Assembly (NCBI GenBank): GCA_040387495.1
Contig: JAZKDQ010000017.1
Span: 1 to 46,871, forward strand
Reading direction: 5' to 3'
From: Pseudomonadota bacterium
Lineage (GTDB): Bacteria > Pseudomonadota > Alphaproteobacteria > Paracaedibacterales > CAIOTO01
Length of the DNA stretch: 46,871 nt
The position numbers and the translations under genes are program-made. Positions within the stretch are counted from its first letter, which is position 1. Every line of letters begins with the position of its first letter. This document shows, one piece after another, positions 1-9,696 of this stretch. The notes under the pieces are model-generated. The model was not told the origin of the DNA, searched no databases, and saw only the letters and a program-made list of their open reading frames with translations.

Positions 1-54
1 TCTGATTAAAATCTAAAATCAGTTATGGTGCAATTTTAATCCCGAATTGAGGTT
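1..54 (-). mobile_element. Terminal copy of a 54-bp repeat, probable insertion-sequence end (IS982-like, inferred)
   Basis: 1-54 is the exact reverse complement of 46818-46871. The inner end reads (A)ACCTCAATTCGGGATTAAAATTGCACC. No transposase is present in the window. Confidence 0.6.
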
Positions 55-906
55 TATAGATAAAATGATTCAAATAACTTAGCTGTAATTTCTGCGGTTT
101 CGTCATATCTCGATGAATAATATAATGGATTATTTATGGAATCATCGCCCATACAGTATCCTATCTGAAATAATCTTAGTTCAGGATCAGTACCAATGAA
201 AATGCATTGCATGAACTTGTCGCCTTTTTGTAAGCTAACAGAACTTTCGTGAAGATGAGTTAGCAAAGTAACAAATAAAGATACAAAATCAACAGGGTTA
301 TCACCACCCATTACAATACCATCAATTTTGGAGTATGCACTTTTTACTTCTTCATTTTCTTCGTCCCAATTTCCTACCACGTCTAAAACCCAGCAGTTAC
401 TTGGTTTTGGTTTCATTATTTTATTTAATTTAAGGGCGATATTTTCAAAAAACTTAAATTTAATTTTTAAATTGAATCGTCGTGAAAGCCAGGCAACAAA
501 GAGAAAAAGGATTATCCCCCCACACAAACCAAGAAAACCGTATCATTTCATCTGCCAACATAAAGCCATTTGGATACCAATATTTGTATGTACTTGATAA
601 TGAATCTGGCGCCCCATTTTTATAATAAATAGAAAATCTTTCTCCTATTTTTTCAGGCAAATATGGATGTTTACATTTCTTCGGGATATACCTTGTTTTT
701 ATCTTTTTTTTATCATACGTGTAATACTCTATAACGTATTCACCATATTTCTTAGCAGGCAATTCAACGACAACAGCCTCTGTTAGATGATGATTATATA
801 AAGCCAAAAAACCTGGGATAAGCATGGCTATTAACATTGGAACACCAAATAAAATAATGCATATGTTTTGGATATTATACTCGAAGCTATTTTTTCTTGA
901 AGAAAT
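54..906 (-). pseudogene. Probable frameshifted membrane-protein gene (ORFs 460..837 and 54..527)
   Basis: Two overlapping same-strand ORFs. Removing one base near 540 joins ...LADEMI to GFLGLCGGIILFLFVAWL, a TM-like stretch. The upstream frame is open to an ATT at 904-906 preceded by AGGGAG. The stop abuts the terminal repeat. Confidence 0.45.
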
Positions 907-1072
907 TTTGAAGGCTCCCTATAAATAAATAAAAATGACGTAACATACTATACCATCAATTTCCTTCAGAGCCCACTTCATATAATGAGGCTCTTATCTA
1001 GGCTAAGAAGATTCTTAACTCAGCTCGTAGTGGACTTTCATCACCAAGTTTTATGCTATGTCTGGCGCACAG

Positions 1073-1105
1073 ATGAATCCTCTGGTCGAGCCAGAGGAAA
1101 ACTAA
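1073..1105. repeat. Dispersed palindromic element, copy 1
   Basis: TCCTCTGG-TCGAG-CCAGAGGA hairpin; 26/33 identical to 22872-22904. Confidence 0.7.
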
Positions 1106-1134
1106 AAAGGTTCTGTGCTCTTTGCCACATAAAC

Positions 1135-1956
1135 TTAAATAGCTATATTCTTTAATTCAAGTGCACGTTTGTAAACTTCTTTTCTAGGTAATGCATACGC
1201 TTCTGCGACCATGTGGGATGCATCTTTGATGGAAAGTGTTTTAAGCGCATTAACCAGCGCGCTGTCAATTGATTCATCAGACGCTGCGTCATCTGCCGTG
1301 GCTTGGCCAAGAACGATAACAATTTCACCGCGCGGTGGATGCTCTTCATAATGTGCAATAACAGATGCAAAATCACCCTGTTTAACTTCTTCGAACATTT
1401 TGCTAATTTCACGGACGACAGCCACCGTTCGTTTGCAAAAGGGTTTTTCCATGATTTGTAATGTTTGTACTAAACGATGTGGGGATTCAAAAAAGACAAG
1501 GGTTCCGTTAAATGGTATCCATTGGTTCATTTGTTTACTATTAAAGAAACCAACATATGCAAATGCATGACTCATAAGTCCTGACAACACAAGTGCTGCT
1601 GGCACAGCAGATGGCCCTGGCAAGGTCGTTACATAAACGCCTGCTTCTTGACATGCACGCACAAGTTTTGTTCCAGGGTCAGAAATCAGTGGCGTTCCAG
1701 CATCACTGATCAATGCGATTGCTTGTCCTTCCTGGATGGCTTTAACAATCAGTGGCCGAACACTTTCCGCATTGTGATCGTGGTACGACCATAGTTTTCG
1801 TGAAATGCCATAATGACTCAGCAGTTTTCCAGATACACGTGTATCTTCACACGCAATGATGTCGCATTGTTGCAGCGTTTCAATGGCGCGTAATGTTATG
1901 TCTTTTAGGTTGCCTATTGGGGTGGCAACGCAGTAGAGTCCTGGCTTTAATGTCAT
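1135..1956 (-). CDS. rsmI: 16S rRNA (cytidine1402-2'-O)-methyltransferase
   Basis: LYCVATPIGNLKDITLRA, ACEDTR, ISDAGTPLISDPG, FFESPHR and REISKMFEE motifs. Likely start is the ATG at 1956 (MTLKPGLY); the ORF track extends to a GTG at 1995. Confidence 0.93.
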   Translation of the reverse strand: MTLKPGLYCVATPIGNLKDITLRAIETLQQCDIIACEDTRVSGKLLSHYGISRKLWSYHDHNAESVRPLIVKAIQEGQAIALISDAGTPLISDPGTKLVRACQEAGVYVTTLPGPSAVPAALVLSGLMSHAFAYVGFFNSKQMNQWIPFNGTLVFFESPHRLVQTLQIMEKPFCKRTVAVVREISKMFEEVKQGDFASVIAHYEEHPPRGEIVIVLGQATADDAASDESIDSALVNALKTLSIKDASHMVAEAYALPRKEVYKRALELKNIAI

Positions 1957-1989
1957 GTCATATTTTGATTGTCGGTTGTGTTCAGAGAT

Positions 1990-2005
1990 TGGCACAAAAA
2001 TTGCA
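1990..2005 (+). promoter_or_regulatory. sigma54 (-24/-12) promoter candidate for the lytic transglycosylase
   Basis: TGGCACAAAAATTGCA matches TGGCAC-N5-TTGCW with GG and GC 12 bp apart, 44 bp upstream of ATG 2050. Confidence 0.65.
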
Positions 2006-2049
2006 CAATCTAAAGGATAAAATCAACAGTGAATAATTTGTAGTTACGT

Positions 2050-2868
2050 ATGTTTGGTAGATTTAGTGCATTTCTTCTTTTGGCATTTCAAGCGAACGCG
2101 ATGGCTGCGCGTGGTGTTGCTTCATGTGACGTGTATGTTCGCCAACAAGAAATTTTTTATAATATCCCCTCGCATTTATTAAAGGCAGTATCATTAGTTG
2201 AATCAGGTCGTACACTAAAGCCCGGACAACGCGTGGCATGGCCTTGGACAATTAATGTTAATGGACGTGGGTATGTTTATGAATCAAAACAGGAAGCTAT
2301 TAACGCTGTACGTAAGTTTCAAGGGCAGGGGCAACATAGTATTGATGTGGGATGCATGCAGATTAATTTAAAGCATCATCCAAAGGCATTTAGGCATTTA
2401 GAAGATGCCTTTGATCCACAATTGAATGTTGCTTATGCAGCACAATTCTTAAATAATTTAAAAAGACAGCTTGGTAGCTGGCGAACGGCCGTTGCCCACT
2501 ATCATTCAGCAACACCAGCATTCCATCATCCTTATCGTGAGAAGATTCAAAAGCAATGGGCTTCTTTGAGAAATTTGGTAGGGAATACAACGCCAATTTC
2601 GCATGATATTAGTTATGTGTCTAATTCAGCTACAATGACCCCTTTACACAATCCACTAATGCAGAATGATAAACATTATAAAGTGAGAAAGTCTCAACAA
2701 AAGGTACATGCTCCTTCTGAGTCACCAGTTATTATTGCTCCACCAGGTAAGTTCTATTCCGTGAGTGGTCCTGCACAACAAAGACCAGAGTCATATGCTA
2801 AATTAAAGTATCGTAAATTTTATCATGTGCTGCCACAGAATCAGTCTGGTTTTATGCCAGTTAGGTGA
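2050..2868 (+). CDS. Lytic transglycosylase (SLT domain) with signal peptide
   Basis: LLKAVSLVESG (catalytic Glu), WPWTIN, IDVGCMQIN and AVAHYHS motifs. Confidence 0.85.
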   Translation: MFGRFSAFLLLAFQANAMAARGVASCDVYVRQQEIFYNIPSHLLKAVSLVESGRTLKPGQRVAWPWTINVNGRGYVYESKQEAINAVRKFQGQGQHSIDVGCMQINLKHHPKAFRHLEDAFDPQLNVAYAAQFLNNLKRQLGSWRTAVAHYHSATPAFHHPYREKIQKQWASLRNLVGNTTPISHDISYVSNSATMTPLHNPLMQNDKHYKVRKSQQKVHAPSESPVIIAPPGKFYSVSGPAQQRPESYAKLKYRKFYHVLPQNQSGFMPVR

Positions 2869-2908
2869 GGGTTTTAATTTATTTGTATGTGTGCTGAATG
2901 CGTGAAAT

Positions 2909-4051
2909 TTACTCACTCATCGCGCTAAACTGAATGGCTCCGCTTGGGTTTATCCATACGGGAATGTTTGTTGTAAAGAGCGAGGCAGGTGTTTTTATAC
3001 GTAGTGTAACTGTTTCTTGCGTTTCAATTTTTTCTTTTAAAATTTCGTTATTTATTGTTTCTGAGTTCAAAACCCAAAGGGCAAGTGAAATTGGATCTGC
3101 AACACGAATGCATCCTGAGGAAAGCGCTCTAATACCTTTATTAAAAAGAGAAGTTTCCGGTGTGCCGTGCATGTATATTGATTGATCGTTTTCTAAGTTA
3201 AATTTAACCGCGCCAAGTGCATTTTTTTTGCCTGGCTGCTGTCTAACCTTGTATGGGAAATAGGTGAGTGATACATCTTCCCAATTGATGTGACGCGACT
3301 CTAAAAGATCGCCATTTAAATCATACACGAGATAATTGCCACGGTTTAAATACTCAGGATCAGCAATTACTTTAGATAACTTGTCTTTGACAAAGATAGC
3401 GACTGGAACGCGCCAAGATGGATTCAAAACAATGCTTTGTATGGGGTATGTACCGATCGGAGTAGAGCGACTTTGACTGCCTACAATCACTGCTTGAGCA
3501 AGCTCTATTTGATCATTATCGATTGCAAACAGATTAAAAGTAGGTAAGTTTACAATAATATAACGTGTGCCCCAGTGAGGTTTTAGAGCATCAAATTGTA
3601 CTAATGATTGCTGGATAACTTTAGTGCGGAATTCAGGTGGTATGTTTAGTTGCATACATGTTTGCTGACCTATAATTCCATCAAAATCCAAAGAATGGCT
3701 TTTCTGAAAAGCTTGGATTCCTGCTTCGAGTGCTTCATCATATTGGTATTCATCAACTACTGCCTTATTTTGTATGATTTTAAGAAGGAAGAGTTGTTTT
3801 CTTATAGTGCTGATGACGGGATCCTTATCACCTTTTTTAAATGCTGATTTAAGGCATGTGAACTGAGGCCAGTGCTGAACAGATTTTGCAAGGGTTTTGT
3901 AAAATATTTCACTATTAATTAGCTTTTGTCTGATATCAGAAATTTTGATTTGAACTTTTAATCCTGTTGATTCTGCAGCAGCATTTGGGTGGGTATAAAA
4001 GGTACTAAAGAAAATAAAAATAAAAACGGAAAAAAGAAAATTCATACACAT
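2909..4051 (-). CDS. L,D-transpeptidase (YcbB-like; peptidoglycan-binding plus YkuD domain)
   Basis: Signal peptide, FQKSHSLDFDGIIG PG-binding motif, IVNLPTF, LNPSWRVP and catalytic YMHGTP...SSGCIRV. Confidence 0.88.
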   Translation of the reverse strand: MCMNFLFSVFIFIFFSTFYTHPNAAAESTGLKVQIKISDIRQKLINSEIFYKTLAKSVQHWPQFTCLKSAFKKGDKDPVISTIRKQLFLLKIIQNKAVVDEYQYDEALEAGIQAFQKSHSLDFDGIIGQQTCMQLNIPPEFRTKVIQQSLVQFDALKPHWGTRYIIVNLPTFNLFAIDNDQIELAQAVIVGSQSRSTPIGTYPIQSIVLNPSWRVPVAIFVKDKLSKVIADPEYLNRGNYLVYDLNGDLLESRHINWEDVSLTYFPYKVRQQPGKKNALGAVKFNLENDQSIYMHGTPETSLFNKGIRALSSGCIRVADPISLALWVLNSETINNEILKEKIETQETVTLRIKTPASLFTTNIPVWINPSGAIQFSAMSE

Positions 4052-4121
4052 ATGATTAAATGAAACCAGTATCTTTATGGAAGCATAAAAATAGTTAAAA
4101 ATATATTAGATTTATCGTGAT

Positions 4122-4164
4122 TAGCCATTCAGATGGTTTTTATAAAAAACCACCTGAATGGCTA
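4122..4164 (-). other. 20-bp stem hairpin downstream of ftsA
   Basis: TAGCCATTCAGATGGTTTTT-ATA-AAAAACCACCTGAATGGCTA. The single mismatch is a G-U pair on the minus strand; no U-tract follows. Confidence 0.6.
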
Positions 4165-4194
4165 GGATTTATTAAAAAGAATAGTTTATTTCGC

Positions 4195-5469
4195 TCAAAA
4201 ATTATGTTTAATCCATGCATTTAATTTTTTCAATACAGGCAGCTTATTGCCTGATAAAACATTTATCTGCTGACTTTCAAAGTCTTGAAAAGCATATTGC
4301 AATAAGCCGGAACATGTTGAAAAACTAGGATCATTAATTAAATCGATTGTCCCTGATAAGCCGTTTGGTGTACCAAGCCGCACTTGTCTTCCGAAATATT
4401 GATTTGCCATATCACGAATTCCTTGTAGCTGACTGACTCCACCCGTAATGACAATTCGTTGGAAAGCAAGTGGATCTATTTCGTGTGTTTGCACTTTTTT
4501 AAGAACGCATTCGAAAATTTCTTCGACGCGCGCTCGTATAATATGGATCAACATTCCTTTTGGAATCTGATGGCTATAGTCTTGAATTGACTCGCCCATC
4601 TGCGCAACCATGATACTTTCACGATCATCTGTAGAAGATTGTATCAGTGTGCCGTACAGTGTTTTAAGTCGTTCTGCTTGCGCAAGAGGGGCTGCTAAGC
4701 CGCGTGCGATGTCATTTGTTATATTAGCACCACCAATAGGAATTGTCGAAAGGCTAGTAAGGTTGCCTTCGTAAAATGTTGCAATGGTTGTTTGCCCCGC
4801 GCCGATATCTATCAACGTAACGCCAAGCTCCATTTCATCTGCAACAAGAGTTGATAAGCCAGATGCATACGGAGAGACCACAAAACCTGTGATGTCTAAG
4901 TGGCATCTGCCAATGCACGAAGTTAGATTTCGGATCATTCCAGTGGGTGCTGTCACGATGTGTAATGTTACCGATAGACGCTGCCCAATCATGCCTGTTG
5001 GATCGCGAATACCTTCCACATTATCGATTGCATAGCTAATAGGTAGCACATGTACGACTTGATGATCTGGTGAAATTGCTGCGTTACGATTTAGAGTCAT
5101 TAATCTTTTAAGATGTGATTCGTCAACAGGGTTGTTTGATAATTGTAACTCAACTTTAATGCGATGTGATTGTGCCCATCTGCCTGGAATAGCGACGTAA
5201 ACACTATTAATGTTTTGCCCGGCTGATTGTTCTGCAGCATGCACTGCATTTAAAATAGAGTCTTCAAGTGCTTCAAGGTCTATGATATTACCGCCGCGAA
5301 GACCTTTTGATAGCTGGTACCCGATGCCAGTTACTTTGAGCGGCGTTTGATCTTGATGCTTACTACCAATTGCTCGTCCTATCGCACAGCAAACTTTGCT
5401 TGTTCCAACATCGAGTGCTGCAAAAAGCTCACTTTTTGGTGTCGGCAATCGTTTGTTAAATAAGCTCAT
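4195..5469 (-). CDS. ftsA: Cell division protein FtsA
   Basis: AALDVGTSKVCCAI, AEQSAG, DPTGMIG, IDIGAGQT, AERLKTLYG, VITGGVSQL. Confidence 0.95.
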   Translation of the reverse strand: MSLFNKRLPTPKSELFAALDVGTSKVCCAIGRAIGSKHQDQTPLKVTGIGYQLSKGLRGGNIIDLEALEDSILNAVHAAEQSAGQNINSVYVAIPGRWAQSHRIKVELQLSNNPVDESHLKRLMTLNRNAAISPDHQVVHVLPISYAIDNVEGIRDPTGMIGQRLSVTLHIVTAPTGMIRNLTSCIGRCHLDITGFVVSPYASGLSTLVADEMELGVTLIDIGAGQTTIATFYEGNLTSLSTIPIGGANITNDIARGLAAPLAQAERLKTLYGTLIQSSTDDRESIMVAQMGESIQDYSHQIPKGMLIHIIRARVEEIFECVLKKVQTHEIDPLAFQRIVITGGVSQLQGIRDMANQYFGRQVRLGTPNGLSGTIDLINDPSFSTCSGLLQYAFQDFESQQINVLSGNKLPVLKKLNAWIKHNF

Positions 5470-5770
5470 TTAAGTTTAATTCCTCAATTGTTTTTTTTGT
5501 AAGTATATCAAATAATTAAATTAATAAATAACTATTTGTGTGTGAGTGAGCAGAGCGTTGCATGTCAGTATTATTTTGACGTTAAAACTACGGAATATAA
5601 AAATAGCATATTTAGTAATACTTGACTATTAAAAGATTAAAAAAATGATTTTTTAATTTTATGGTAATTTTTATGGCTTGATGGATATTAACCTTTTAGA
5701 AATTATTTTCCTGTTATTATAAAATAAAGTTTTCAAGTATAGATTGTTAATTTCTTTACTCTTATTGCTT

Positions 5771-5786
5771 TGGCATGGAACTTGCA
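5771..5786 (+). promoter_or_regulatory. sigma54 promoter candidate for the Pro-rich protein
   Basis: TGGCATGGAACTTGCA with correct -24/-12 spacing, 37 bp upstream of GTG 5824. Confidence 0.6.
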
Positions 5787-5823
5787 CACATGTAGTTGGT
5801 TAGAATAAGAAGGTAATATTAAC

Positions 5824-6825
5824 GTGATTCTGGGTTCGCTGCTAAAAAAATATTTTTATAGTTTGTCGGTTATTGTGTTGATTTACTCTGTGCTGGTTCT
5901 GGGTGTAAATTCAGCAATTGCAGGGACAGCAGCATCAACAACTACTTCAAATGCGCCATCACTATTTCCATTAACGCCTTCAACTGGTGTCCCATTAATT
6001 CCAGCCCCACTTCCAACAGTTGCTGGGGCAGCAGCACCATTCGTTCCGAATGTGCCATTATTTCCCTCAACCCCACCGATGCAGCCATCGTTCTTACCTA
6101 TCGTACCTCCAGTGACTGGGTCAATTCCGCTTGTACCTTTGCAAGCCCCACTTATCACTAATCAGCCTGTGATATTGCCCCCCTTGTTTAATACTCAATC
6201 TTTTGTTCCAGGGACAATTCCTCCGCCTGCATCTTTTGCTGCTGCTCCTCCCCCTACTATTGTGCCTTCTCCAGTTTCTGGGAATATTTATGGACCTTCT
6301 GCTGCTCCTACACCTGTTGGTATAGCCGTGCCTATTCCTATTTCTCCTTCAGTTGCTCAGCCAATTGTGGTGTCTTTAGGAACCTCGGCCGAAAAGACTG
6401 CAAGTCAAGCTGCCGCACCTTCTCAAACACTACCGCCTCCTACGCCAATTGTTGTTATAGACCCAGATTCTCTAACGCAAGAGCGTATTCACCCGAAATC
6501 AAAAATGCCTGAGCCTACTAAGGTTATAGAGGGAGACCAAAAGAGTTCTGTTGCTTCTCCATTGTTATATGAAAATAAAGTGCTTAGTTTTGTAGAGGCC
6601 CCTCCATGTCCTGTTGTACCGCCAAGTTTGTCAAGTATTCCAGTTCAGGCGCCTATGAAAAGGCAATCACCTACGCAAGCAGCTGGGAATCAGAAGGAGA
6701 AAAGTGAAGAAAAAGAAGAAATGGAAGAAAAACCAAAAGCATCAAAAAAGAAGGGGAAAGGTAAAAAAGCTGGCAAGAAAAAAGCTGGCAAGAAAAAAGC
6801 CGGGGGTAAGAAAAAGAAGAAATAA
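5824..6825 (+). CDS. Hypothetical exported Pro/Ala/Val-rich protein with Lys-rich C-terminal tail
   Basis: Hydrophobic N-terminus ending SAIA, long Pro-rich low-complexity region, tail KKKGKGKKAGKKKAGKKKAGGKKKKK. Confidence 0.75.
   Translation: MILGSLLKKYFYSLSVIVLIYSVLVLGVNSAIAGTAASTTTSNAPSLFPLTPSTGVPLIPAPLPTVAGAAAPFVPNVPLFPSTPPMQPSFLPIVPPVTGSIPLVPLQAPLITNQPVILPPLFNTQSFVPGTIPPPASFAAAPPPTIVPSPVSGNIYGPSAAPTPVGIAVPIPISPSVAQPIVVSLGTSAEKTASQAAAPSQTLPPPTPIVVIDPDSLTQERIHPKSKMPEPTKVIEGDQKSSVASPLLYENKVLSFVEAPPCPVVPPSLSSIPVQAPMKRQSPTQAAGNQKEKSEEKEEMEEKPKASKKKGKGKKAGKKKAGKKKAGGKKKKK
6763..6800 (+). repeat. 15-bp tandem repeat encoding KKAGK
   Basis: AAAAAAGCTGGCAAG twice plus partial AAAAAAGC. Confidence 0.85.
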
Positions 6826-6871
6826 CAAGTATTTAATTAGTAAATAATTAAAAGGTGGTGGTGTAAATAGA

Positions 6872-8101
6872 TTACCCTGTTAAGACTATTCCATTTTCTG
6901 CGCGCCAATATAAGTAGACCTCATCATCCCATTTCACATCGCGATCCGTAAGACGTAAAAGGTTAGTCATAGCAGCTTGTACACGTTTGCCAGACTCAAG
7001 TTCTATATGATAAATTGACATATCACCTAAGTAACCAATTTCACGCACTATGCCTTTTGCACAATTACGTTTAGAAGATGATTCGACGTTCTGTGATTTT
7101 TCGATAATTTCTGTTTTAATTTCAATGGTGCTATTTTCATCTTGAATTATCTCATTGTGATATTCTTCGGGTGGTGTTGATGAAATCATGATTTTTTCAG
7201 GGCGAATGGCAACAGACACATGTGCACCAAGTGGCATTGCTGCTGTATGGGTAATGTATAATTGTCCGCCAGCGCCAGGTGCGTCAATAACAACATGATC
7301 TGGTTCATCAGCGACGACAACACCATCAAAAACATTCATCGTGCCTATAAATTCAGCAACGTAACGCGAGTTTGGAAATTCATATATGTCGTGTGGAACA
7401 CCTATTTGGCGTATGCGACCTTCTTCCATAATGGCCATACGCGTTGACATGGTCATAGCTTCTTCTTGATCATGGGTCACAACGACAAAGGTGATACCAA
7501 CTTTTTCTTGAATGTTAACAAGTTCAAATTGCGTTTGTTCGCGCAGTTTTTTATCAAGTGCCGCCATTGGTTCATCGAGCAACAAAAGCTTAGGTTGTTT
7601 TACAAGGCTTCGTGCTAACGCTACGCGCTGCTTTTGCCCACCAGATAATTGATTTGGTTTGCGGTCGGCAAAAGATGCCATTTGTACAAGGTCAAGTACT
7701 TGATATACTCGATGCTCAATTTCGGATGCTTCCATTCTCTCTTGTTTTAGGCCAAAAGCAATGTTCTGAGCAACAGTCATATGTGGAAATAATGCATATG
7801 ATTGAAACATCATGTTTACAGGGCGCTTGTACGCTGGCCAGTGTGTAATATCGATACCATCAATTAAGATGCGCCCCGATGTGGGCTGTTCAAACCCAGC
7901 CAATATACGAAGGAGTGTCGTTTTTCCACAGCCAGAAGCGCCGAGTAATGAGAAAAGCTCTCCGCGATAAATAGATAAATTTAGGTTTTTAACGGCATGC
8001 ACATCACCAAAGCTTTTGCTAATGTTCTCAAGCTGAATATAGGGCTTTGCTGTGGGATCTTGCCATAATTCTAATTGATTGTTTGTCGAGCGGTTTTGCA
8101 T
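6872..8101 (-). CDS. potG: Polyamine (putrescine) ABC transporter ATP-binding protein
   Basis: Walker A GASGCGKTT, FQSYALFPHMTV, LSGGQKQRVALARSL, VTHDQEEAMTM and C-terminal TOBE-like region. Confidence 0.88.
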   Translation of the reverse strand: MQNRSTNNQLELWQDPTAKPYIQLENISKSFGDVHAVKNLNLSIYRGELFSLLGASGCGKTTLLRILAGFEQPTSGRILIDGIDITHWPAYKRPVNMMFQSYALFPHMTVAQNIAFGLKQERMEASEIEHRVYQVLDLVQMASFADRKPNQLSGGQKQRVALARSLVKQPKLLLLDEPMAALDKKLREQTQFELVNIQEKVGITFVVVTHDQEEAMTMSTRMAIMEEGRIRQIGVPHDIYEFPNSRYVAEFIGTMNVFDGVVVADEPDHVVIDAPGAGGQLYITHTAAMPLGAHVSVAIRPEKIMISSTPPEEYHNEIIQDENSTIEIKTEIIEKSQNVESSSKRNCAKGIVREIGYLGDMSIYHIELESGKRVQAAMTNLLRLTDRDVKWDDEVYLYWRAENGIVLTG

Positions 8102-8538
8102 GGGTGTCTCATTTTTGAGTAATAATAAGGGGCGCAGGTAAAAATTGCGAATTTCAGAATCACTTCAGCATTTTTTTAGAATTAGAGCAACATTTTTCTG
8201 TGTCGCTATTTAATTCTTACTTGCACCGTCATACAATGAAGCAAAAGACTTAGGTGATTCTTCTAGAAATAAAGTCTAAGTTGTTTCCAGATATGAAAAT
8301 CATACACAATTAATTATCGTATTTTCATATATTCAATTTATTACTATAATAGGCAGTTCATTTCAGATCACGGTAACAACAAAACTGCTGTGTTGACGCT
8401 AAAAATTGCCCATTATCTTTTTTTTCTTTCTTGAGAAAAGATAGTCAATTATCGTTTCTAAGTGTCATTCGTTAAAAAATGATACATCTAAATAAAATAA
8501 GCTTTGTTGCTTACTAGCGATACGAGGGCAGGCAATTT

Positions 8539-9672
8539 CTATTTGCGATTCAAACGTATGTTAATCCAAGATTTTGTGCGTTCACGATCAAATTTCAAGC
8601 TTTCATCGCTGGTTTGAGGTGCATTTAACCTTAATTTCTTCATAACATCTGGTTTGGGATAAATTGCTGTGTTGTCTTTAATACTGTTATCAATCAGAGG
8701 CAATGCTGTATCAATAACGGTTGGTAATTTCGTTTTATTGGTAATTTTGGCACTCACTTCAGGACGCAGCAAGAAATTGATGAATTTATGCGCATTGATT
8801 GGATGTGGTGATCCAACAGGAATGGCCATGCAATCAATCCATAACGTTGTGCCTTCTTTAGGAACTACATAAACAATATTACGCCCAAGTTCTTTTGCAT
8901 CATGTTCAGCTTGATGCGCATCACCAGACCAGGCTTGTGCAACACAGACATCACCTAAAACAAGGTCATTCATAAAGCGTGAAGAAGTGAATCGTCTGAT
9001 CGAAGGACGTAATTTGAGCAAGTGTTCTGAAGTGAGTTTTAAATCATCTGCAGTTTCGCTATTTGAAGGACGTCCTAAGTAAGCAAGGACAAGAGGCATC
9101 ACATCGATGGCTTCTTCTAGAAAACTCACGCCACAGCTTTTAAGTTTCTTTAAATTCTCTGGATTAAAAAGAATTTCATAACTTTCAAGATCAACATCAG
9201 GCAGGCGCGTCTTCACTTTATCTTTGTCAAAAGCAATCCCTAACGTGCCCCAATAGTAAGGAATTGCATATGCCATGCCCGGATCAACTGTATTCATGTG
9301 AGTTGTAATGACTTTATTTAATCCTTTTAGTTCTGTTAATAAAATTTTATTGAGCGGTTGGTAAATGCCAACTTTAATTTGACGTGCTACGTATGGGCTC
9401 GCTGTTGGAAAGACAACGTCATAGCCAGAGTTGCTGGCGAGTAGCTTGGCCTCTAAGACTTCGTTGTTATCATAAACGTCATAGCGAACATGAATGCCGG
9501 TTTCTTTTTCAAACGCTTGTAAAATCTCAGCAGGAATCATGCCGTACCAGTCATACACATTAACGAAGGCTTCTTCTTGATCTTTTTGTTTTGAAAAAAT
9601 GAAATAGATAGAGAAAATACAAAGTGAGAAAATGATGATTCTTTTGATAAGATGTATAATTTTTTTCTTCAT
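8539..9672 (-). CDS. potF: Polyamine ABC transporter substrate-binding protein
   Basis: FEKETGIHVRYDVYDNNEVLEAKLL, GYDVVFPT, IPYYWGT, AWSGDA, PKEGTTLWID. Confidence 0.85.
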   Translation of the reverse strand: MKKKIIHLIKRIIIFSLCIFSIYFIFSKQKDQEEAFVNVYDWYGMIPAEILQAFEKETGIHVRYDVYDNNEVLEAKLLASNSGYDVVFPTASPYVARQIKVGIYQPLNKILLTELKGLNKVITTHMNTVDPGMAYAIPYYWGTLGIAFDKDKVKTRLPDVDLESYEILFNPENLKKLKSCGVSFLEEAIDVMPLVLAYLGRPSNSETADDLKLTSEHLLKLRPSIRRFTSSRFMNDLVLGDVCVAQAWSGDAHQAEHDAKELGRNIVYVVPKEGTTLWIDCMAIPVGSPHPINAHKFINFLLRPEVSAKITNKTKLPTVIDTALPLIDNSIKDNTAIYPKPDVMKKLRLNAPQTSDESLKFDRERTKSWINIRLNRK

Positions 9673-9696
9673 TTTACTGCCTTAATCGATGCCGCA

